A stretch of DNA of 64,000 nt from an uncultured delta proteobacterium (lineage in GTDB: Bacteria > Desulfobacterota > Binatia > UBA9968), in the NCBI GenBank assembly GCA_963804165.1, contig CAWDPO010000012.1, positions 18,604 through 82,603 of the forward strand, given 5' to 3'. Below are positions 9,911-19,919 of the stretch, piece by piece. The translations under genes and the position numbers were made by a program. The number at the start of each line of letters is the position of its first letter. The first letter of the stretch is position 1. Under the pieces are notes generated by a model that was not told the origin of the DNA, searched no databases, and saw nothing but the letters and a program-made list of their open reading frames with translations.

Positions 9911-10065
9911 AATTTCTTTACAGGATTCTTTTAGATCCTGCTACCTGCTAAATTCCGATGGTAGACCTCGCTTTTCCGTGTCCGATGGGTTTTGTGCTAG
10001 GTTGTTTGTCGAACAAGAAGTTATTTTTCCACGGTCAGCATTGACGTAATGCAAAGGAGGTTTTC

Positions 10066-10500
10066 ATGGCAACATTCAAAATCGAAGGTGTTACTCACTG
10101 GTCGATTCCCGTCAACAACTTAAAGGCTTCCGAAGATTTCTACGGCGGGCTGCTCGGGCTCAAACCGGTCGGGCGCCTCAGCAATAACGTGATGTCCTGC
10201 TTTAATGTCGGCGATCATAACATCCTTTTGTGCGAGCGGGAGAAACCGCAGGATAGAACCATCGTCGAAGATCGCGTGCATCATTCCTTCACGGTAAGCT
10301 CCGAAGGGTTCGTGCAGGCTTGCAAGACGCTTCACGAAAAGAAGATTCCCATCGTCGAGCTGGAATACCGCGGCAAGGGCTATTTCACCGGACGAGAGCT
10401 CTACTTTTACGATCCCAGCGGGAACCGTCTCGAGATCCGCGACCCAAGCTGGAAGAAGGGAATGCCGGAACCGCCCTATGAAGAGATCGTAAAGTCGTAG
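10066..10500 (+). CDS. VOC (glyoxalase/bleomycin resistance) family protein
   Basis: VTHWSIPV..L..SEDFY..LLGL, HHSF, LYFYDPSGNRLEI; AAGGAGG RBS. Confidence 0.9.
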   Translation: MATFKIEGVTHWSIPVNNLKASEDFYGGLLGLKPVGRLSNNVMSCFNVGDHNILLCEREKPQDRTIVEDRVHHSFTVSSEGFVQACKTLHEKKIPIVELEYRGKGYFTGRELYFYDPSGNRLEIRDPSWKKGMPEPPYEEIVKS

Positions 10501-10611
10501 GTCTACGACGACACGGCTTGCTTGGACGAAGCCCGCTGAATGGAGAGCGTCTTAAGCTGACCGGTAGCGTGATAATGTTTTCCAGAAACCGCGGTTTACC
10601 CGGAAAACGAT

Positions 10612-10725
10612 CGGAACGTGTGAAACGGTTGGAACACGCTTCGCTCTGACTTTGAACATTGAACCTTGAACTTTGAACGAGGTTGATCAGTTAACGTCTT
10701 GAACCGAGTGAAACGGTCGAACGAG
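10612..10725 (+). repeat. TTGAAC/TGGAAC tandem-repeat mosaic
   Basis: GGAACGTGTGAAACGGTTGGAACACGCTTCGCTCTGACTTTGAACATTGAACCTTGAACTTTGAACGA is repeated identically near 27260-27328. Confidence 0.85.
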
Positions 10726-10727
10726 TT

Positions 10728-11969
10728 CTATTTTACTGGGGTGACGGTTTCTTTTACGGAAAAAGCCAATAGCATTGCGGTGGCGAGCGAGCACAAACCG
10801 ATCATCGCGAATGAAACCGTGTAGCCCATATGCTCGGCGACAAAGCCGAATAGCGCCGGGCTGACCATGCCACCGATCTCGCCGATCAAGCGCCAGAAAC
10901 CGAAGAACCGCCCGCGCGCATGGGCCGGCGCCATGTCCGAGCCGAGCACCTGCATGCTTCCCGCTGTAACCGCTTGGCTGGCATGCATCCAGAGAAAAGC
11001 GCCGACAAAAATCGCCAGGCCCCAATGCCACTGAGCGTTCGCCGCGAGAAAAAATAATCCCAACGCCATGGACACAAAGCCGGGCACCATCGTGGTCTTG
11101 CGTCCGAAGCGGTCCATTAGATAGCCGCACGATAGGGTGATCGGGATGCCGACGACCGTGCTCATGGTCGCCAAGCCGCCCAACCCGCGCGCCCCGACAT
11201 CGTAAGTAAAGGTTGCGTACAACAGCAGTGTGCCGCCCCAGAGCACGCCGCGAGTCATCGATGCGAAGAACTGGGCGCAGAGAAAACCGCGGTACCTGTC
11301 GTCGAGCATCAAGGCTACCAAGGCTTTGGTGTCGAGCTGATCTTCGGTTTTTTTGCCGGCGCTCTTCGCTCCGGCCGGTGCCGATTCGCGGACGAGAAAA
11401 AAACTTGGCACGATGGCCAACAGCGCGAGAACGCCGTGGGCGACGAACGGCAGCCGGATACTCCACGCGGCCAGCAATCCGCCGAGCGCGGGGCCGATCA
11501 GCCGGCCGGCTCCCTCGGTGCCGATCATGCCGCTCATCTGCCGGCCGCGCTGCCGGCGCTTGCCGACATCGGCGATGATCGCGAGCCTGGACTGACGCCA
11601 CATTTCCATGGCCGCGCCGCCGATCAAGCGATAGATCAAAAGCTCGCCGAACGAGTGCGCCACGGCGATGAGACAAGACGACACCGCCACGAGCACCGGC
11701 CCGGCGATGAGAATCGGGCGGCGGCCCATGCGATCGACGAGAAAGCCGGTCGGCACGGCGGCGAGCAACGCGCCCAGGGCATGCACGACGATCACCAGGG
11801 AAGCGACGCCGAAGCCGGTGTCGAAGGATTTCGCAAATACCGGTATCGCCGGTGTTGCGATGCTGTAGCCCAGCGCAAAGACGAACGCCGGGAAATACAG
11901 AGTTAAAAGCTGGTAGGAAGAAAAAAAGCCGTCGTTCTCGTGCGGCTGTGAATCTTTCTGTAAAGCCAT
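10728..11969 (-). CDS. MFS transporter
   Basis: 413 aa, about 12 hydrophobic segments, motif A in both halves (GFLVDRMGRR, GYLMDRFGRK). Confidence 0.93.
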   Translation of the reverse strand: MALQKDSQPHENDGFFSSYQLLTLYFPAFVFALGYSIATPAIPVFAKSFDTGFGVASLVIVVHALGALLAAVPTGFLVDRMGRRPILIAGPVLVAVSSCLIAVAHSFGELLIYRLIGGAAMEMWRQSRLAIIADVGKRRQRGRQMSGMIGTEGAGRLIGPALGGLLAAWSIRLPFVAHGVLALLAIVPSFFLVRESAPAGAKSAGKKTEDQLDTKALVALMLDDRYRGFLCAQFFASMTRGVLWGGTLLLYATFTYDVGARGLGGLATMSTVVGIPITLSCGYLMDRFGRKTTMVPGFVSMALGLFFLAANAQWHWGLAIFVGAFLWMHASQAVTAGSMQVLGSDMAPAHARGRFFGFWRLIGEIGGMVSPALFGFVAEHMGYTVSFAMIGLCSLATAMLLAFSVKETVTPVK

Positions 11970-12119
11970 ACTGGTACGCGACGCTGTTCCCAGTATGAAG
12001 CGGTCAGCGGGAAAGCCTCGTTGATTCCCCTCGTCGATTTAGCTGTGCGACTCGAGAATCAAGCATATAATTCGATCTTCGCGCCGGGTCAATCCGCCGC
12101 ACGCCACGTTTGCCGAGCT

Positions 12120-12250
12120 GATTCCTGACATTCTCAACAAATGCCAAAACTCCCAAACCACAATAGCTTCCGACCAGCGATCATCGCGGACCGCCGGCCG
12201 TTCTCCAGCCCTTGCTCAACCCACTATCGATCTGCTCTTTGAAAATCTTC
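12120..12250 (-). pseudogene. degenerate C-terminal fragment of a RAYT/Y1-type transposase
   Basis: Broken reading DFQRA..WVEQGL...VRDDRWSEAI.V..LAFVENVRN; related relics at 15895-16010 and 16818-16930. Confidence 0.5.
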
Positions 12251-12254
12251 AAAA

Positions 12255-12497
12255 AATGGAACGATTGGAACCTCTGGAACTATTGGAACGGGCGATAGCC
12301 TTTGGTTTGAACGAAGTGCTTCCTTCGAGCAGCTCAGAGCCTGTCCTGAGTTTTATCGAAGGAACGAGCGGATGATCGAGCCGGTCATGGTGATTCCTCG
12401 ACGGGCTCGGAACTGAAGGCCGTCGAGGAAGCCTGCCGTGAGGCCTCTCGAACGGCCGAACCATTGAACGGCTTGAACTGAGTGAAACGGTTGAACG
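12255..12497 (+). repeat. repeat mosaic with ~160-bp nested-palindrome element (copy 1)
   Basis: CCTTCGA...GTCCTGAG...TCGAAGGAACGAGCGG...GTCATGGTGATTCCTCGACGGGCTCGGAACTGAAGGCCGTCGAGGAAGCCTGCCGTGAGGC..CTCGAACGGCCGAACCATTG; near-identical at ~13215-13370 and ~17000-17150. Confidence 0.9.
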
Positions 12498-12503
12498 ATG
12501 TGT

Positions 12504-12926
12504 TTAGCCATTCTCCAGCAAATAAGTGCGCCGATCGATCTTTACGGTACCGTTGGTAAAGCTGATCGAAATGTTGATATCCCCTTCCCCCCGGGTCCAG
12601 GGAACCACCCTCATGGTTCGAAGACCCGCTTTGGTATTGGGCTCCTGAAAGGCGATCGCTTCCGCCTCCGCCCTGGTCTCCGCGCGCAGGATGAACATGC
12701 CGTAACCGAGATCGCAGGTTGTTTCATTGTCCTTGTCGTTCTTGAGCAGGCCCGCGGCGAACAGGCGCCCCTCGCTTTCGAGTTTCGCCATGTATTCCTT
12801 GTGCGGCCGGCGCACCGCCTCACGGGATGGAGCGTTTGCCGGAGGGGGCTCAACGAGCGTCGTGAAACAAAGATAACATTGCTCGTGTTTCAACGGATGC
12901 ATCGGGTCTTGCTTCAGCTCTGCCAT
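12504..12926 (-). CDS. YciI family protein
   Basis: RRPHKEYMAKLESEGRLFAAG, GMFILRAETRAEAEAIAFQEP..KAGLR. Confidence 0.85.
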   Translation of the reverse strand: MAELKQDPMHPLKHEQCYLCFTTLVEPPPANAPSREAVRRPHKEYMAKLESEGRLFAAGLLKNDKDNETTCDLGYGMFILRAETRAEAEAIAFQEPNTKAGLRTMRVVPWTRGEGDINISISFTNGTVKIDRRTYLLENG

Positions 12927-13074
12927 GGTCTTTCCTCCTCGAAATGAATTCTGCTACGTGCATGCATTCCTTTCTGATGGATCAACCGACGGTTCTACAA
13001 TTTTAAACCGGACAATCAACCGCCTAATGGGTCATGCTTACGCGGCAGCTTTACACGTTAGCGCCAATCTCCCC

Positions 13075-13470
13075 GGTTTTCGAACGTTTCGACGTTTCGA
13101 GAATTCCCGAAACGTGGAAGTTCCCCCTCCGGGTTGTATTTGCCGTTAACGCTTTGAACGGAGCAAAGCGGTTGAACGGCTTGAACCATTTGAACGGACC
13201 GATCCCCATGATGAACGGAGCGAATCCTTCGACGACGCTCAGAGCCCGTCCTGAGCTTTATCGAAGGAATGAGCGGAAGATCGGGCCGGTCATGGTGATT
13301 CCTCGACGGGCTCGGAACTGAAGGCCGTCGAGGAAGCCTGCCGTGAAGCTTCTCGAACGGCCAAACCATTGGAACGGATGGAACGCCTGAGAATCTGCCG
13401 TTGAACTTTTGAACCTTGAACTTTGAACGAGGTTAATCCAGTTAATGGCTTGAACGGTTTGAACGAGCTC
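13075..13470 (+). repeat. repeat mosaic (palindrome, 9-mer array, nested-palindrome copy 2, 7-mer array)
   Basis: Contains most of the module types seen in the other intergenic mosaics. Confidence 0.9.
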
Positions 13471-13477
13471 AGAAGTT

Positions 13478-14497
13478 TTAGACCTTCGCACCTTCGACTA
13501 CGCCCATAGCACGGGAGGAAGGAAACCAGGTCCCACGATATTTCCAGCCGGCCCTCTCCAGCAAAGACGCGTACTCGTCCTCGGTTCGTTCCCGTCCCGT
13601 ACCCCAGCACATCATGTGTATGTCGAACAACTTGGAAAAGTGGGCTGTCCTTGGCTCGGGGATAACATGCTCGACGATGAAAACCCGGCCACCGGGCTTA
13701 ACTTCCCGGTACTGGTTCTGAAGAATCTGAACGCATTCATCATCGTTCCAATCATGCAGGATGAGCTTCATGATGTAAGCGTCGGCGTTCGGTACGGCAT
13801 CGAACATATCGCCGGCCACATACTCACAGCGGTGACTCATGCCCATTGCTCGTGCCCACAACCGGGTGGGATTCGAGATGACTTCCGCCCGCTCCAATAC
13901 TGTTCCCCTGAGATGGGGATGCTTCTCGAGGAACCTGCATAACAGGTAGCCGTGGCCGCCGCCGACGTCGCACAAATGAGTTATCTTTCCGAAGTCGTAT
14001 GACTCAAGCGCCTCGAGTATCCAATCCGTCTGGGCGCGGGAGTAACTGCTCATCGCGCCATCGAATACCTCGGCATAGCTTGGATCGTGCATCGCGTGAT
14101 CGAAGGCCATTCGTCCGAACTCGCGCACAAACGCATTCTGCTTTCCGTCACGAATCATCGCCGGCAGATGCGTCCAGAGCGCATAGTGCTCGGGACCTTC
14201 TTCCAGCAACGTGACCCCGCGCAACGTTTGCGGATGATCCGATCGGAGCAGCTCTCCCGCCTCGGTGAGCGAGAATGTTCGCTCCGCGGCCTCCGCAAGC
14301 AGATCGAGCGAGCCGAGGGCTCGCAGGAGCCGATAGGCGAGATGGGGGGCGAGCCCGAGCTCATGGGCGATTGCCGTCGCTTTCCTCGGGCCGTTGCGCA
14401 GGGCGTCGAAGACTCCCAATTTGACGCCGGCGTACAGAATCTGGCTACGCCATCTGCCGAAGATGAGGTCGAGCACCTTTGGTTGCGGGTCGGACAT
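13478..14497 (-). CDS. SAM-dependent O-methyltransferase with dimerisation domain
   Basis: N-terminal LYAGVKLGVFD..L..GP; DVGGGHG, VAGDMF, DAYIMKLILHDWNDD, GRERT..EY..LL..AG. Confidence 0.93.
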   Translation of the reverse strand: MSDPQPKVLDLIFGRWRSQILYAGVKLGVFDALRNGPRKATAIAHELGLAPHLAYRLLRALGSLDLLAEAAERTFSLTEAGELLRSDHPQTLRGVTLLEEGPEHYALWTHLPAMIRDGKQNAFVREFGRMAFDHAMHDPSYAEVFDGAMSSYSRAQTDWILEALESYDFGKITHLCDVGGGHGYLLCRFLEKHPHLRGTVLERAEVISNPTRLWARAMGMSHRCEYVAGDMFDAVPNADAYIMKLILHDWNDDECVQILQNQYREVKPGGRVFIVEHVIPEPRTAHFSKLFDIHMMCWGTGRERTEDEYASLLERAGWKYRGTWFPSSRAMGVVEGAKV

Positions 14498-14634
14498 GTT
14501 TATCCCCCTCTCATGCTTTTAACTTCTAGTTCCCTTGGAGCGATTGAAACACGCTAAGGCACCACCGAGTCCCTGCCGAGTGCGCTTTTCTGTTCGATCG
14601 TTTAGTCACGCTCGGGTTCTGACTTTCTATTCTT

Positions 14635-14720
14635 GACTGAACGCTTTGGATGGTTCCGAGCTACGTTGAACTTTGAACCTTGAACTTTGAACGAGTTCTT
14701 TTTGACTGTTGCCTGTTGCC
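14635..14720 (+). repeat. ~65-bp dispersed repeat ending in TTGAAC heptamers
   Basis: GACTGAACGCTTTGGATGGTTCCGAGCTACGTTGAACTTTGAAC... also near 16121, 20036 and 55842. Confidence 0.9.
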
Positions 14721-14797
14721 TATGCACGTTGCATAGTGCCTGTTTGCCTGCTTGTTGTGCTTCACCTTGAGCATCAAAAGTCGTTTCCTGCAGAAGC

Positions 14798-15586
14798 TCA
14801 CGAAACCTTAGTACCAAGGCTAACCCGATATCGGAAGGGGGAGTCCCGAGTGCCTAACACAAGAAGCCCTTCTGTCCCAGTAAAAAACACGGGGCCAGAC
14901 AGGCCAGACGGCCCGCCTACCGGTCGACCATCTACCCATGAACCCAGGGTGCTACCTCGGTCCTGAACCCCTACCCGGCCTTCGTGTTTGATAAAGGCAA
15001 GATGATGCCGAGAGATTTGTAGTGGCACAGAGTCGGGAAGCATCAGATCATTATAGACAAGCGGATCTGCACTCTCTCTGCCAATACGAAAGGGGAATTG
15101 TGTGATCGGAAAAGGAGTTACCGGTAGAGCGTCGGCAGCTCGCGGGGTTATCCCTTCCAGCGCAACAGTGGGCTGATCCCTAGCTAGAACTACGGGCAGG
15201 ACTTCAGGGACCAGCGCCTGCTGGCGGTCAGCTTTTTGGAGCTCCAAGATCCTGGCATCCGCCTCACGTAAACGCTCAAAGAGAACTTTCAAGAGTTGGA
15301 GCACCACTTTGGGGTCTGTCTGAAAGCTGTTGAAAAAGTCGTCCCGCCGGATCTCACACACCAGAGTCTCGGTAACGGCTGTCACGGTTGCGCTGCGTGG
15401 CTTCTCGTCGATCATGCTCATTTCGCCAAAGGTTTCTCCATCCCCGAGGTAAGCCAGGTGAACCTTTTGCCCCTGTAGTTCCTTGCTTACTTCAACCTGC
15501 CCTTGGTTGATGACATAGGCCGTTTCGCCAAGGTCGTTTTCTTGAATAATAACTTCTCCAGCCTCATACCGGCTCAGCGGAATCAT
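14798..15586 (-). CDS. cyclic nucleotide-binding domain plus FHA domain protein
   Basis: GETFGEMSMIDEKPRSATVTA (cNMP); FRIGR, ISRHH, DRGSTLGSWVDG (FHA). Confidence 0.9.
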   Translation of the reverse strand: MIPLSRYEAGEVIIQENDLGETAYVINQGQVEVSKELQGQKVHLAYLGDGETFGEMSMIDEKPRSATVTAVTETLVCEIRRDDFFNSFQTDPKVVLQLLKVLFERLREADARILELQKADRQQALVPEVLPVVLARDQPTVALEGITPRAADALPVTPFPITQFPFRIGRESADPLVYNDLMLPDSVPLQISRHHLAFIKHEGRVGVQDRGSTLGSWVDGRPVGGPSGLSGPVFFTGTEGLLVLGTRDSPFRYRVSLGTKVS

Positions 15587-15894
15587 AATTGATCCTCCCT
15601 ATGAACTCTCAGCACGCGTTTGCTGCGATGAGTCTAATTGTTTCCACAGCAGCTTGTCCACTGCAATGCGCGGCAATCTCCGAGCCGAAAAAGCCATGGA
15701 GGCCACCGGAATGTTGGCAGCTCTTGAAGAAGCGCCACAGCTTGTTTTTGCCATCTTCGGCGAACGGCTATTCCAAAGGAGGATGCCGAGTTTCTAACCG
15801 CCGCAGGCTTCACGCAGGCCGAGGTTGACGTTCTGCTCGCGATAGCCCTGGACATCGCGCCCCGACTGGCCAAAGAGACGCCGCCAACCTGATT

Positions 15895-16200
15895 CTTTAC
15901 GTTCTCAACCAATGCCAAACTTCCAACCGCAATCGCTTCCGACCCGCGCATCATCTTGAGTATCGAACGTCGTTCCACGCGTTTCGCCGGATCTCGCGCT
16001 CCATGCCGCGATTTGAACAGCTGGAACCTTTGAAACAATTGGAACTACTGGAACCGCTCTTCAATGGTTAACGACTGGAACGATTGAAACGGGCCGCAGC
16101 AGTAAGCGCAGCAGCTAAACGACTGAACGCTTTGGATGGTTCCGAGCTACGTTGAACTTTGAACCTTGAACTTTGAACGAGTTCTTCTTGACTGTTGCCT
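15895..16200 (+). repeat. RAYT-relic plus tandem-repeat mosaic; ~165-bp direct repeat of 16818-16980
   Basis: ACGTTCTCAAC..ATG.CAAACTTCCAA.CGCAATCGCTTC...GAAACAATTGGAACTACTGGAACCGCTC lies on both sides of the cupin gene. Confidence 0.85.
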
Positions 16201-16351
16201 ATTGCTCTTTACGATATCGTACACAGCTAAATCAAGAAGCTGTGTTGGACCGACCCGAAGTCGGCCTTCCGAAATCCCAGCCAAGCACTTGACGAATTTT
16301 GCTCCCTGGGGATACATACGTGCATAGGAACAACTCAATGGAGGAACTCAC

Positions 16352-16759
16352 ATGGAGACCAAGGCGAAGCCCGTTCCGAAAAGTGCGGTGCAGGTGGTCA
16401 ACACCAAGTGGCAGCCCGGTGAGCGCAATGTCAAGCGGCTCGCACGCAGCGAGCTGCTCAATATCCTGCTGCACCACTGGGATACGGGCGGTGAGGTGGC
16501 GCTACACCATCACACCGACGGGGATGCTACGTGGGTCGTCGTCGGGGGCGAAGTGACGTTCTATGGCGAAAACGACCAGGTCATCGCCAAGGCAGGGCCG
16601 CGAGAAGCTGTCCTGATTCCGCGCAATACGATGTACTGGTTCACCAATTCGGGAACCGCACCTCTCGAGATGTTCCGCATCTCGGCAAAAGTCGGCGGCA
16701 TCAGCGAAGGGGACGACCGCATCTACCACCAGCGAGTAACTGACATGACCCAGACATAG
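16352..16759 (+). CDS. cupin domain protein
   Basis: GGEVALHHHTDGDATWVVVGGEVTF, VLIPRNTMYWFTN; GGAGG RBS. Confidence 0.88.
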   Translation: METKAKPVPKSAVQVVNTKWQPGERNVKRLARSELLNILLHHWDTGGEVALHHHTDGDATWVVVGGEVTFYGENDQVIAKAGPREAVLIPRNTMYWFTNSGTAPLEMFRISAKVGGISEGDDRIYHQRVTDMTQT

Positions 16760-16817
16760 TCTCGAGCCGGAGCGGCGGTTGTTTCAAAACCCGGCTTCGC
16801 CACTGCCGCGCGACCCT

Positions 16818-17245
16818 AACGTTCTCAACAAATGTCAAACTTCCAAACGCAATCGCTTCAAACCCGCGCATCATCTTGAGCATCGAACGTCGTTCCACGC
16901 GTTTCGACGGATCTCGCGCTCCATGTCGCGATTTGACCGGCTGGAACCACTGAAACAATTGGAACTACTGGAACCGCTCCTCAGTACTTAACGACTTGAA
17001 CGAAGCGCATCCTTCGACAGAGCCCGTCCTGAGTTTTACCGAAGGAACGAGCGGATGATCGAGCCGGTCATGGTGATTCCTCGACAGGGCTCGGAACTGA
17101 AGGCCGTCGAGGAAGTCTGCCGTGAGGCTTCTCGAACGGCCGAACCATTGATCGGCTTGAACGATTTGAATGCTCCGCGCCTTCCTCAAATTATGCCGCT
17201 CATGGTGAGACTGTCGAACCATTGAACCTTGAACCTTTGACCGGT
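16818..17245 (+). repeat. repeat mosaic (RAYT relic, nested-palindrome copy 3, TTGAAC arrays)
   Basis: Direct comparison with 15895-16060 and 12300-12470. Confidence 0.85.
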
Positions 17246-17417
17246 CCGTTCTTAGTTCTACCAAAAATATCTCTAAGTTCTTTCAATTCAACAAGACCAG
17301 ACGCGTTTTGACTACCAGCCTTGTTCTCAACCTAACAGAAGCGTATAAAGCCCCGGTGCGAGATGGTTGCATGCATGGAGTGGCAAAGATGTGGGTGATG
17401 ACTCTAGGAGACGCAGT

Positions 17418-19376
17418 ATGAATTTGCCGCCGGAACAAGAAGCGATACGGGCCCGATGTTTTCACCCTTCGGGGAGCTTTGTTGAATTCCCTCAAGAGGA
17501 CGTCGAAACTTCTATCCCGGAGCGCTTCGAGAAGATTGCGCGAACTTACCCTAACCGAATCGCGGTAAAAATAAATGACAGGTTCGTAACCTACGATGAG
17601 TTGAACAAATCGGCGAACCGGGTGGCGCGGGCGCTCCTCGAAAAACTCGGTCGAGGAAACCGGCCCGTCGTTGTCTTTTCTGAGCATAATTTAACAGCAG
17701 TCATTTGTTGTTTTGCGATCTGGAAAGCTGGGAAAATCGTGATAGCGATAGAGCCGTCCTTTCCCATAGAACGGGTCATTTCGACTATCAACGATTCCCA
17801 AGCAGAAGCTATATTAACCAGTGACGAGTATCTCGAACCCGCCTCAACTGTCGCGAAGGGATTGATTCCCGTTGTAAGTTTTGACTCATTGGCAGCCGAC
17901 GCACCGGATGACAATTTGGAACTTATGATTCCAAGCGCGGTGACGGCCGAAATTCGCTATAGCTCGGGCTCCACTGGAAAGCCGAAAGGCATTGTTCGCA
18001 GTCATCGCAGGCTTCTCAGTAGCGCTCGGTCGACGATCAACTTGGCGCACATTTGTCCCGACGACCGTCTGCTCGCCTTGATCAGGCTCAGTTATGGCAC
18101 CCGAGACCTGCTTACAAGCTTGCTCAGCGGCGCTGCTCTTTTCCCATTTGATATCGAGAAAGAAAGCATCGGGAACCTGGCCCGATTGCTCAGTCGAGAG
18201 GGAATAACCTGTTACAAATCGGTGCCAACGGTTTTTCGCTATCTGGTCGGAGAATTAGCCGAATTGGCAGCATTTCCATCCATCCGTATCATCCAGCTTG
18301 GAGGCGACGTTTTATTCAGGAATGATCTCCTCTCCTATAAAAAGTATTTTTCGAACGAATGTATTTTGATGAACAGACTCAGCGCAGGCGAAACGGGAAA
18401 CCTGTGCGTATTCTTCATCGACAAGAATACGGAGATCGACACTGCGATTGTTCCCGTTGGCTATCCGATTGAAGATAAACGAATACTACTGCTGGATGAC
18501 GCGCAAAATGAAGTTGGCGTGAATCAGATTGGCAAAATCGCGGTGGCGAGCCGCTATTTGTCGTCCGGCTATTGGAATAATTCCGAACTCACTAACGAGA
18601 AGTTCTCGGATAGCGAAGAGAGCGCGGACGTACGGCTGTATGTTTCGGGTGATCTGGGGCGGACGCTGCCCGATGGTTGTTTGGTTTATATGGGGCGGAA
18701 AGATGATCAGGTCAAGATCAGAGGCGCAAAAGTGGAGATAGGCGAGCTTGAAGCCGTACTATCGGAGCACCCGGAAATAAGGCAATCGGCGGTGGTCGCG
18801 TTTGACCGATCGAATGGTGACAAGTACTTGACCGCCTATGTCGTTTGTCGCTCTCATCCGGCGCCCAGGGTGACCGACATCCGTGACTATTTAGGAAGGA
18901 AAATGCCCGACTACATGATTCCATCTGCGTTCATGTTTATGGAGTCGCTGCCTTTGACCAATGGGAAGGTGGACCGCAAGGCGTTACCTAGACCGGATGA
19001 TAAGCGGCCGGATCTCACTACGCCCTTTGCTTTGCCGGTAAGCGAGATCGAAAAGAGTCTGGCGCGGATTTGGGAGGAAGTCCTTGATGTTCGTCCTATA
19101 GGAAAGCATGACAGGTTTTTCGACCTTGGCGGGCACTCGCTGTCGGCGAGCCGGGTTGTGTCGCGGGTGATCCAGCAGTTTCAGCTAGATATTCCACTAC
19201 AATCACTATTTGAATCACCGACCATTGCGGATATGGCAACCATGATTACGACACATCAGGGAAAGACTTTAGACGAGCAAGGCATAACGAAACTAATCGA
19301 CGAATTGGATGCGTTGTCGGAAGAAGAAGCCAGGCGGCTTTTAGACGAACAGCGTAATGAAAACTCCGATAAGTAA
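17418..19376 (+). CDS. stand-alone NRPS-like adenylation-PCP didomain protein
   Basis: TYDELN (A1), YSSGSTGKPKG (A3), SGDLG (A7), GRKDDQVKIRG.KVEIGE (A8), PDYMIP, NGKVDR (A10), FFDLGGHSL (PCP); AGGAG before ATG 17418; no C or TE domain. Confidence 0.93.
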   Translation: MNLPPEQEAIRARCFHPSGSFVEFPQEDVETSIPERFEKIARTYPNRIAVKINDRFVTYDELNKSANRVARALLEKLGRGNRPVVVFSEHNLTAVICCFAIWKAGKIVIAIEPSFPIERVISTINDSQAEAILTSDEYLEPASTVAKGLIPVVSFDSLAADAPDDNLELMIPSAVTAEIRYSSGSTGKPKGIVRSHRRLLSSARSTINLAHICPDDRLLALIRLSYGTRDLLTSLLSGAALFPFDIEKESIGNLARLLSREGITCYKSVPTVFRYLVGELAELAAFPSIRIIQLGGDVLFRNDLLSYKKYFSNECILMNRLSAGETGNLCVFFIDKNTEIDTAIVPVGYPIEDKRILLLDDAQNEVGVNQIGKIAVASRYLSSGYWNNSELTNEKFSDSEESADVRLYVSGDLGRTLPDGCLVYMGRKDDQVKIRGAKVEIGELEAVLSEHPEIRQSAVVAFDRSNGDKYLTAYVVCRSHPAPRVTDIRDYLGRKMPDYMIPSAFMFMESLPLTNGKVDRKALPRPDDKRPDLTTPFALPVSEIEKSLARIWEEVLDVRPIGKHDRFFDLGGHSLSASRVVSRVIQQFQLDIPLQSLFESPTIADMATMITTHQGKTLDEQGITKLIDELDALSEEEARRLLDEQRNENSDK

Positions 19377-19519
19377 TGCCGCTTCGCTGCGAGCGTAATT
19401 GCCACCATCCTCAAAAGGCGAAGCAATAGCCGAGGGCGAGCGCGCAGCTTCCCTTGGTCCGACCCGCGCCTAGCGAGATCCCTTGCTAGACTTAAGCCCT
19501 TTATTTTCTATCATTTTGA

Positions 19520-19765
19520 TTGATGAACACTCTGATACTGAAAACGTTTAAACAGGCGAAAAGAGTCATTGTGATCGTAGTCGGTTCTACAATTCTCGTT
19601 ATGGGAGTCGCAATGATCGCGCTGCCGGGTCCCGCTGTTGTTGTAATACCAGTCGGACTAAGTATCCTTGCAACTGAATTAGTCTGGGCAAGAATACTGT
19701 TGAACAAACTCAAAAGTACATTTCAAAAAGGAAAGGGAAAGGACCAGGCTTGCGAAACCAAGTGA
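19520..19765 (+). CDS. small membrane protein (PGPGW-type)
   Basis: G..MIALPGPAVVVIPVGLSILATELVWAR. Confidence 0.8.
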   Translation: MMNTLILKTFKQAKRVIVIVVGSTILVMGVAMIALPGPAVVVIPVGLSILATELVWARILLNKLKSTFQKGKGKDQACETK

Positions 19766-19919
19766 GAGGGGGCCATTGCTACTTTTCTTCTCACTGCGGC
19801 CAACCGCATGCTCGCCATGTGCTTCCGTGTCCGAACGTCGCCGCCCTTTCAGCTGCGTAATCTGTTTTTACGAAGGGCCGTTACTGATTCGGATATCACG
19901 AACGATGTGATTCGGCGGC

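Larger units (their letters stand above)
8365..9965 (-). mobile_element. complete IS110-family element (~1.6 kb), long non-coding end upstream of the recombinase
   Basis: Ends inferred from a repeated 2-nt core (TC on minus strand at 9965-9964 and 8366-8365; GT register 2 nt/1 nt away also possible), guide matches in the upstream RNA and a reconstituted junction promoter. Confidence 0.8.

Noticed and set aside
12249-17264. Short mutually similar ORFs such as 12249-12464, 13058-13369 and 16965-17264
   Set aside because: They are translations of the non-coding repeat mosaics. Likewise the ORFs at 23066, 29919, 30067, 61371 and 61784 derive from the MITE.
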